This document shows positions 57,950 through 64,000 of a stretch of 64,000 bases of DNA, piece by piece (position 1 is the stretch's first letter; each line of letters opens with the position of its first letter). The translations under genes were made by a program, and so were the position numbers. This DNA comes from an uncultured Gammaproteobacteria bacterium. Its GTDB lineage: Bacteria; Patescibacteriota; Patescibacteriia; UBA9934. The notes under the pieces were generated by a model. The model made no database searches, was not told the origin of the DNA, and saw only the letters and a list, made by a program, of their open reading frames with translations. The stretch lies in NCBI GenBank assembly GCA_964569575.1, contig CAZMTL010000005.1:9053-73052 (forward strand), given 5' to 3'.

Positions 57950-58954
57950 ATGTTTTCAAAGAAGATCGGTATTGATCTTGGTACGACAACAGTTTTGGTG
58001 TATTTGCCGAAGCGAGGCATTGTGATTCACGAACCTTCGGTGGTGGCTATTTCGAAAATTGATAAAAAAGTATTGGCGGTTGGAAAAGAAGCGAAGGACA
58101 TGCTTGGTCGAACGCCAGATACTATTATTGCGCAGCGTCCATTGAAGGATGGGGTGATTGCCGACTATAAAACAACCGAAGCGATGCTTCGTTATTTTAT
58201 TAACAAAGCACTTGGAGGGATGCGTCTTTTTCGTCCAGAAGTGATGGTGGCGGTTCCTGGTGGAATTACTTCTACAGAACGACGCGCGGTTATCGATGCG
58301 ACGCTTTCGGCGGGTGCAAAGGCAGCATACATCGTGAAGCAGCCCTTAGTTGCGGCGATTGGGGCGAATATTCCGATTGGAAGTCCTTCGGGGCACATGA
58401 TTGTGGAGATTGGCGGAGGAACGACCGAAATGGCTGTTATTTCGCTTGGAGGAATCGTGGCGAGTGATTCTGTTCGAATCGGTGGCGTAAAGTTTGACGC
58501 AGCGATTATGGAGCACATTCGTCGTACCTATAACCTGGCGATTGGTGAGCGAACTGCAGAAGAAATCAAGATTCAGGTGGGAAGCGCGATGTATTTGGAA
58601 GATAAGTTGAGTATGGAAGTGAAGGGTCGCGACATGATTACTGGGTTGCCGAAAATTATTGAGGTGACGTCGGACGATGTGACTGAGGCAATTCATTCGT
58701 TGCTCGAAGGAATGATTGCGACATTGAAAGAAGTTTTGTACAAGACGCCGCCTGAACTTTCGGCGGATGTTATGGATAAGGGAATTGTGATTTCTGGTGG
58801 AAGCAGTCAGTTGCGTAATTTGGATCGGTTGATTTCGGAAGCGACGGGAGTGCCAACGTATTTGGCAGAAGAACCGCAAATGGCCGTTGCGCGTGGAACA
58901 GGGTTGGCGCTCGAAAATTTGGAGGCTTACAAGCGAAGTGTGTTTACAAAATAA
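57950..58954 (+). CDS. mreB: Rod-shape-determining protein MreB
   Basis: KKIGIDLGTTTVLVY...; actin-fold phosphate motifs. Confidence 0.95.
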   Translation: MFSKKIGIDLGTTTVLVYLPKRGIVIHEPSVVAISKIDKKVLAVGKEAKDMLGRTPDTIIAQRPLKDGVIADYKTTEAMLRYFINKALGGMRLFRPEVMVAVPGGITSTERRAVIDATLSAGAKAAYIVKQPLVAAIGANIPIGSPSGHMIVEIGGGTTEMAVISLGGIVASDSVRIGGVKFDAAIMEHIRRTYNLAIGERTAEEIKIQVGSAMYLEDKLSMEVKGRDMITGLPKIIEVTSDDVTEAIHSLLEGMIATLKEVLYKTPPELSADVMDKGIVISGGSSQLRNLDRLISEATGVPTYLAEEPQMAVARGTGLALENLEAYKRSVFTK

Positions 58955-58955
58955 T

Positions 58956-60065
58956 ATGCGCGTGTACGGAATTGATGCGAATGCGCTTACACTTCCACGC
59001 TGGACCGGAACAGAGCGTTATGTTTTTGAGTTGTTAAAAGAGTTGATGAAGTTGCCACTTGCGGTTGATGAACGTATTCGATTGTATGCGGCGCGTGAAT
59101 TACCTGAATTAGGAGTGTTGCCTTCGGGATGGGAATTGAAGGTGGTGCAATGGCCGCTTGGAAAGGGATGGACACATGGCGGGTTGAGTGCGGAATTAGT
59201 TTTGCATCCGCCTGATGTGTTTTTTTCGCCTGCGCACGAAATTCCTGTCCTTCAGCGTGCGGGGCGTATTGTCGCGACTGTTCACGATGTAGCATTTCGC
59301 CGTTTGGCTGAGGTGTACGACCAGGGAAATGTGCGTCGACAAGAATGGGCGATCGGTCGTGTTGCGCGTGTAGCGGATGCCGTCATTGCCGTGTCGCAGA
59401 TGACGGCAGATGATTTGCAGGAGTTGTATTTGATTGATTCGGTGCGTATCTCGGTAGTGCATCATGGTGTGCATCCGGTTTCTGAGCTTGTTGATTTGTC
59501 ATCGGTTTTGAGTGAATTCGGACTTCAGCCTAGGAATTATTTTTTGTTTATTGGACGATTAGAGAAGAAGAAAAACGTGGCTACGTTGGTGCGTGCATTT
59601 GATGCGTGGAAGCAGGCAAGTGGTGCGGATACGAAATTAGTTTTATGTGGTGCGTTTGGATTTGGTGAAGAAGAAATTCGTAGCGCGATTGATCAGTCAG
59701 CATTTGCTTCTGATGTGTTGTTGCCTGGATTTATTTCTGAAGAGCAAAAATATGCATTGCTCTCGCAGGCGCTTGCGTATACGTTGCCGAGTTATTATGA
59801 AGGTTTTGGTATGCCGGTGCTCGAGGCGATGGTTGTTGGTGCGCCAGTGATTGCTTCCGATATTCCTGTCATGCATGAAGTCTGTGATGATGCGGCCTTG
59901 TACGCGGATCCGAATTTGGTAGATGCATGGGTTCGGGCGTTTGATGTAGTGAAGAGTGATTTGGATGTGCGTGAGAAGTTGGTGCATGACGGATTTGCTC
60001 GGGCAAAACAATTTACGTGGAATTCTACGGCAAAGAAAACATTGGAAGTGTTAAGGCATGTGTAG
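58956..60065 (+). CDS. Glycosyltransferase family 4 (GT-B fold)
   Basis: ORF 58887..60065 trimmed to the ATG at 58956, 1 nt after the mreB stop; EGFGMPVLEAM E-x7-E motif. Confidence 0.8.
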   Translation: MRVYGIDANALTLPRWTGTERYVFELLKELMKLPLAVDERIRLYAARELPELGVLPSGWELKVVQWPLGKGWTHGGLSAELVLHPPDVFFSPAHEIPVLQRAGRIVATVHDVAFRRLAEVYDQGNVRRQEWAIGRVARVADAVIAVSQMTADDLQELYLIDSVRISVVHHGVHPVSELVDLSSVLSEFGLQPRNYFLFIGRLEKKKNVATLVRAFDAWKQASGADTKLVLCGAFGFGEEEIRSAIDQSAFASDVLLPGFISEEQKYALLSQALAYTLPSYYEGFGMPVLEAMVVGAPVIASDIPVMHEVCDDAALYADPNLVDAWVRAFDVVKSDLDVREKLVHDGFARAKQFTWNSTAKKTLEVLRHV

Positions 60066-60068
60066 TGT

Positions 60069-60848
60069 ATGGAGATTTTGAAGAAGGATTTGGTTAAAGT
60101 TGGATTCTCGGAAAATGAAGCAGAGGTGTATTTGGCGTTGCTCGAGCGTTCGGATGTGACGGCGGGAGAAGTTTCGCGTGTGGTGAGCTGTCCTCGCGCG
60201 ACGGTGTATACGGTGCTTGAACAGCTTGGGAAGAAAGGCGTTGTTTTGCGATTGCGACGAGGGGAGGAGCGGGTGTATCGAGCGGAACATCCTTCCTACA
60301 TTCACAACTTGCTCGAAGTGCAACGGTTGGATTTGGAAGGGAAGATGGATTTTGCTCAACGGTTGATTCCTCGCTTAACGCCATTCTTTAACGATCGTGG
60401 AGAAAAGCCGAGTGTGCGTTATTTTGAAGGGTTGAAAGGATTACGTGCGCTGCAACAAGAGCACGCGCAATTTACTGGCGATATTATTCAAATTGTTGCG
60501 TATGATTTGTTTTCGCTGCTTCATGATCCGCAAATGACAAAGGAGTATACACAGCATCTTGTTGAAGAGCGTCAGCAGATTCGTGCGATTATTTTGACGG
60601 AGAAAAAGTGTGACGAAGATTTTGTGAAGCAGTTTGGTCTCGGAATGCAGGCGGTTTGTCTTTCGAAGGATGTGTTGAATTTTGAAGGAGAGATGACGGT
60701 GGTGGGGGAAGATAAGTTGGTGTTGTTTTCGTATTCCACCAGCATCATGGCGGTGGAAATTACTTCAAAATCTGTTGCTGGAACCGCGCGCGCCGTTTTG
60801 GAGCTTGCTTGGCGCGAAGCGAATCGTTTAGCGGGGAAGGCGTTATAG
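60069..60848 (+). CDS. TrmB-family transcriptional regulator
   Basis: N-terminal wHTH GFSENEAEVYLALLERSDVTAGEVSRVVSCPRATVYTVLEQL. Confidence 0.75.
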   Translation: MEILKKDLVKVGFSENEAEVYLALLERSDVTAGEVSRVVSCPRATVYTVLEQLGKKGVVLRLRRGEERVYRAEHPSYIHNLLEVQRLDLEGKMDFAQRLIPRLTPFFNDRGEKPSVRYFEGLKGLRALQQEHAQFTGDIIQIVAYDLFSLLHDPQMTKEYTQHLVEERQQIRAIILTEKKCDEDFVKQFGLGMQAVCLSKDVLNFEGEMTVVGEDKLVLFSYSTSIMAVEITSKSVAGTARAVLELAWREANRLAGKAL

Positions 60849-60879
60849 GTTGGATAGGATTTATAACATTTCGCAAAGC

Positions 60880-60915
60880 AAAAACCGACCGTCGCCACGA
60901 TGTGACTTGGGTCGG
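60880..60915 (-). terminator. Hairpin CCGACC...GGTCGG followed on the minus strand by TTTTTGCTTT, 3' of the island gene 60954..61613
   Basis: Read from the sequence. Confidence 0.5.
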
Positions 60916-60953
60916 TTCGTCTCCGCGCGCAGTTGGCGTGCGAAGGTGTTGCG

Positions 60954-61613
60954 TTACGCTTCCGCGATCTCGGCTTTGCCGGGCGGGAGCTTGAGGTAGA
61001 AGCTGTTGTTGCTCAGATCGACTTCGTCGCCGAGCGTGAGCTTCTCGTTCTGCCCACGGTTGGTCTTCTTGGTCTCGATGACGCACTGCGACTTCGCTTC
61101 GCGCTTCACCCGCCACTCCTCTCGGAGTTCGTTCGTGAAGTGTCTTCCGAGGCCGACTCCGAAGTACCCGGTCCAGTACTCGAAGTATTCCAGTTCGGTG
61201 ATGAGCTCCTTGCGCTGCCTCGCCGTCTGGACCAGGAGGTGGTGGATCCGCGTCACGCTTTCGCGTACGGTCTCCACCTGACCGGATTGTGTGAAGGTGA
61301 GCGGGGCGCAATCGCCCTTGCTCGCCTTCCGCACGGCAGCGGCGGTGCGCTCGAGCAGGCAGTTGATGCCGCCGTGCTGGTCGAGCGCGGAGCGCTCGTA
61401 GCTGCAGAGCGACGCCTGAAGGAAAGCGATCTTGCGATCGGCCTCCTTCCAGTCTTGCTCGAAGAGCTCTTCGAGCTCGTTGAGCCAGCACTTCCCTTCG
61501 AGCGAGTTGAATCGGCTGAAGGTGTTTCGGGTGAGGTCGCGCACTCGCGCCAGCTCCTCGAAGTTGAGGTTGTAGTGGTGGCCGGCGATGCGGGCGTTCT
61601 GGTTCTGGGACAT
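60954..61613 (-). CDS. Hypothetical cytoplasmic protein (219 aa) in a high-GC island
   Basis: High GC3, strong GGAGG SD 5 nt upstream, diverse amino-acid composition; alternative overlapping frames judged to be GC artefacts. Confidence 0.55.
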   Translation of the reverse strand: MSQNQNARIAGHHYNLNFEELARVRDLTRNTFSRFNSLEGKCWLNELEELFEQDWKEADRKIAFLQASLCSYERSALDQHGGINCLLERTAAAVRKASKGDCAPLTFTQSGQVETVRESVTRIHHLLVQTARQRKELITELEYFEYWTGYFGVGLGRHFTNELREEWRVKREAKSQCVIETKKTNRGQNEKLTLGDEVDLSNNSFYLKLPPGKAEIAEA

Positions 61614-61656
61614 GCGTCCTCCTATGATGGGCAGATGTTACGTGATGCAACGAATC

Positions 61657-61705
61657 GGCCCTCATCTTGTTGCTTCATAGGGAATGAAGAAATGAGATGA
61701 GGGCC
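61657..61705. promoter_or_regulatory. Extended stem-loop (11-bp stem GGCCCTCATCT/AGATGAGGGCC with a nested CTTCAT/ATGAAG hairpin) in the 5' region of the island gene
   Basis: Read directly from the sequence; lies in the leader, not a 3' terminator for this gene. Confidence 0.4.
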
Positions 61706-62258
61706 GTTTACCATCTTGCTGGAGAAGCGCCCGTTCCGGGGACCGGTGAAGTAAGTGATGACCGAGGTCATGTAACTTCGTGATGTTCGGGTATGTGCAT
61801 CGAGTCAGGCGAACCCGAGTCATTGCACTTGAACATCGTGACTTCAAGAGTCAGTAAAATTCCTCCTCTTAAAAGCGCATTCTCTCCTCCAGAAAGATGG
61901 TGTCCATCGTTAAATGAACGTTGTACAATAGCAGATTTTTGGGGTTTTGTCAAGGCAAGATGCGATAAATTTGGCTAATTTTGGATGTGAATTTAGGGTT
62001 ATGTTTTTTGGGGTTTGGGTGGATTTTGAGATAGGAAGGCGGGAGGTTGAGCGCCTTTTTTCGTCATCCCGGACTTAATCTCCGGCGCTAAAGGCCGCGC
62101 AGGCTGGGATCCATCGACTCTCGCAAGCGCTCCCCCTCCTTTTCAAGGAGGAGTTAGGGGTGGTTACGCGTGTCACATCAAATAAAAAAAAACCGCGACT
62201 CCGTCCCTACACCCTCTCCTCCTACCCCCTAATCCCACTGTGCTATCATTCATTTTGT

Positions 62259-63224
62259 ATGCAGCAGTATTTTTCGCAGATTATTGGACACGAACGGCAG
62301 GTGGGGTATTTGAAGACGTTGCTTGAAAAGCAGTCGTTTTCGCATGCGTATGTGTTTAGTGGTATGGCTGGGTTGCAGAAGCGGGAAGTGGCGGTTGAGT
62401 TTTTGAAGGCGATTTTGGGAAATGATTCCGCACTTGAAGCGCAGGCGGAAGCGGTTGTGGTCGATTTTGAGTTGGATAAAAAAACAGGCGAGTTGAAACG
62501 ATCTGTTTCTGTTGAGCAGATTCGTTCGATGCGCGAACGATTGCAGTTGAGTTCTTTTTCGGACGGTTTTCGAGTGGCGTTTATTCCGCATGCGGATCGT
62601 ATGACGACTACGGCGCAAAATGCGTTGTTGAAAACGTTGGAAGAGCCTCGTAAGAAAACGGTGATCGTACTGGTGGTGGAAGATGTGAATCGATTGTTGC
62701 CGACGATTTTGTCGCGTTCGGTGTTGGTTCGGTTTGATCGTGTGTCGCGTGCGCAGACCGAGGCGTATTTAAAAAAGCAGGGTGTGAGTGATGTTGATGC
62801 GCGGTTTTTCGCTGTGTGCGCTGAAGGGGCGCCGAAGTTGGCGTTGCAGTATGCTCAAAATTCTTCGCTTCGATTGGAGTTGGAAGATGCTGATCGATTT
62901 TTTACTCAACACTCGTTCGCTCAAGTTATGCAGGAGGTGGAGCGGGTGGCGAAGTCTGTTTCGCGCGACGAAGCGTTGCGGTATCTTTCGCTTTTGCGAA
63001 GAGCGGCGCATGATTTGTTCCTGCGGTCTGTTGGATGTGGGGATTTAGCTGCGGCTGATTCTGCTTCTACTCAACGTTCTCCGGAAAGCTATACACAAGT
63101 ACTCGAAGCGATAGAAGAATCTTTTTCTCATTTGCAGTATAATGGTTCACAAAGCCTCGCGCTTGAACATATTGCTTTTGCATCACATTCGTATGAAAAA
63201 ACATCTTCTACTTCTTTCACTTAG
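62259..63224 (+). CDS. holB: DNA polymerase III delta-prime subunit
   Basis: ORF 62160..63224 trimmed to MQQYFSQIIGHERQVGYLKTLLEKQSFSHAYVFSG (AAA+ clamp-loader fold with degenerate Walker A). Confidence 0.8.
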   Translation: MQQYFSQIIGHERQVGYLKTLLEKQSFSHAYVFSGMAGLQKREVAVEFLKAILGNDSALEAQAEAVVVDFELDKKTGELKRSVSVEQIRSMRERLQLSSFSDGFRVAFIPHADRMTTTAQNALLKTLEEPRKKTVIVLVVEDVNRLLPTILSRSVLVRFDRVSRAQTEAYLKKQGVSDVDARFFAVCAEGAPKLALQYAQNSSLRLELEDADRFFTQHSFAQVMQEVERVAKSVSRDEALRYLSLLRRAAHDLFLRSVGCGDLAAADSASTQRSPESYTQVLEAIEESFSHLQYNGSQSLALEHIAFASHSYEKTSSTSFT

Positions 63225-64000
63225 TGCCTTGGTTTTGGTTGGGCAAGGTTGTCTGCCTTTTCAAAATTCGAGTACAGCTTCAAACGATGGTGGTTTGTGG
63301 CAAACAACAAATGATGGCCGTGATTGGGCTCAACTTTCTACATTTCCCCAAGCAAGCGGTGTTGGTTCGATTGGGGGCGTGAGTGTAAATGACATCGAAA
63401 TCGATCCTCGTGATGCGAGCGTGTATTATCTTGCGACGGCGCAGAACGGATTGTTCTATACCTACGACAATGGTTCTACATGGCAGCGACCGAAGGCCGA
63501 GAATGTACGTTCTGGGGCGATTTTGGAAGTAGAGGTTGATCCGCGAAATGTGTGTATGGTGTATGCGCTTACACCAAAGACGGTGTTGAAGTCGGTTGAT
63601 TGTGCGCGTTCGTTTGAACAGGTGTTTGTGGAGGCGCGTGAAGATCAAATTTTGACGACGTTTGTTATTGATTGGTTTAATCCGGATATTTTCTGGATGG
63701 GAACTTCGGGCGGTGAAGTGTTGCGTTCGCAGGATGGAGCCCGGAACTGGACGATGATGCATGATGCGAAAAATCCAATTATCGATTTGGCGCTTGGAAA
63801 TTCGGATAGCCGTTTAGTATTGGTTGGAACAAGAACAAAAGGATTGTTGCGACGAAATCCCGAAACAGGCGAATTTGTTTCGTATGAACGCATTTTGAGT
63901 GATTATTCACAATCTCGAAACGTGCGAGGATTTGCTCAGACGGCAAATGGTTCGACTATTTTGATGAATACGGATTACGGCATTTTTTCTTCGGCAGACA
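63193..64000 (+). CDS. Lipoprotein / secreted BNR (Asp-box) repeat protein, 5' partial (runs off the window end)
   Basis: Open frame from the ATG at 63193 to the end of the window, absent from the supplied ORF track; MKKHLLLLSLSALVLVGQGC signal; Asp-box motifs TYDNGSTW, SQDGARNW, NDGRDW; overlaps holB by 32 nt. Confidence 0.65.
   Translation, partial: MKKHLLLLSLSALVLVGQGCLPFQNSSTASNDGGLWQTTNDGRDWAQLSTFPQASGVGSIGGVSVNDIEIDPRDASVYYLATAQNGLFYTYDNGSTWQRPKAENVRSGAILEVEVDPRNVCMVYALTPKTVLKSVDCARSFEQVFVEAREDQILTTFVIDWFNPDIFWMGTSGGEVLRSQDGARNWTMMHDAKNPIIDLALGNSDSRLVLVGTRTKGLLRRNPETGEFVSYERILSDYSQSRNVRGFAQTANGSTILMNTDYGIFSSAD

Noticed and set aside
60760-61700. ORFs 60760..61665 (minus, 301 aa, Arg-rich) and 60933..61700 (plus, 255 aa, Leu/Ala/Val/Glu-rich) overlapping the island gene
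   Set aside because: Alternative or antisense frames in high-GC DNA. Only 60954..61613 (minus) combines high GC3, a GGAGG SD and balanced amino-acid composition.
61768-61978. 61-aa ORFs on both strands (61768..61953 minus, 61793..61978 plus) in the 550-bp gap
   Set aside because: TTG or alternative starts falling inside the predicted promoter element, with no SD and no recognisable family. Treated as noncoding pending transcript data.
62065-62075. Possible RNase P RNA (AAGTCCGGG P4-like 9-mer on the minus strand)
   Set aside because: Only the 9-mer matches. The flanking sequence does not reproduce the GGAAAGUCCGGGCUCC or AGGGUGAAA..GGUGCGGUAAGAGCGCACC cores. Kept as a pointer for an Rfam scan, not called.

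Overview
Compact, gene-dense 64-kb segment with hand-counted GC of about 40-47% on sampled lines. Gene content and protein architecture resemble a Patescibacteria/CPR-type or other reduced Gram-positive-like bacterium: VirB2/TrbC-like two-TM pilin domains, a DUF4012 protein, frequent absence of Shine-Dalgarno motifs, and many overlapping or abutting genes. Taxonomy is inferred, not shown by the sequence. Housekeeping content: ybeY-dgkA, ftsA-ftsZ, nrdR, pyk, rplT-rpmI (no infC), rpsB-tsf, a glycolytic block gap-(DoxX)-(NDH-2-like)-pgk-eno, dinB, uppS, lexA, a complete F1Fo ATP synthase operon (atpZ/I-B-E-F-H-A-G-D-C), a DEAD-box helicase, a cell-envelope block (GT2, GT2, DUF4012, mreB, GT4, TrmB regulator), holB and tRNA-Asp(GUC). 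Accessory content is dominated by cell-surface proteins. (1) Two tandem genes at the 5' end (about 600 aa and about 3077 aa) each fuse an N-terminal VirB2/TrbC-like pilin hairpin to a large ectodomain; the larger carries SbsA-type Ig domains, IPT/TIG repeats, two arrays of myxo-type cysteine-rich repeats and a C-terminal VWA/MIDAS domain. Three paralogous membrane proteins with thrombospondin-type-3 Ca-binding repeats follow. (2) A 1679-aa secreted beta-helix / beta-propeller / Calx-beta-like protein sits divergent to an M23 peptidase lipoprotein. (3) A secreted protein with a textbook C-type lectin domain (EPN motif) shares a roughly 120-aa C-terminal domain with the 1679-aa protein. (4) Three short islands (about 20.86-21.83 kb, 24.67-26.76 kb, 60.88-61.71 kb) have strongly elevated GC and GC3 (hand-counted 57-68% on sample lines), strong GGAG(G) Shine-Dalgarno sites and flanking GC-rich hairpins; they encode only hypothetical secreted or membrane proteins, and one abuts tRNA-Asp. 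These look like recently acquired foreign DNA. No CRISPR array, transposase or rRNA was found. A BNR/Asp-box lipoprotein ORF running off the 3' end is missing from the supplied ORF track.
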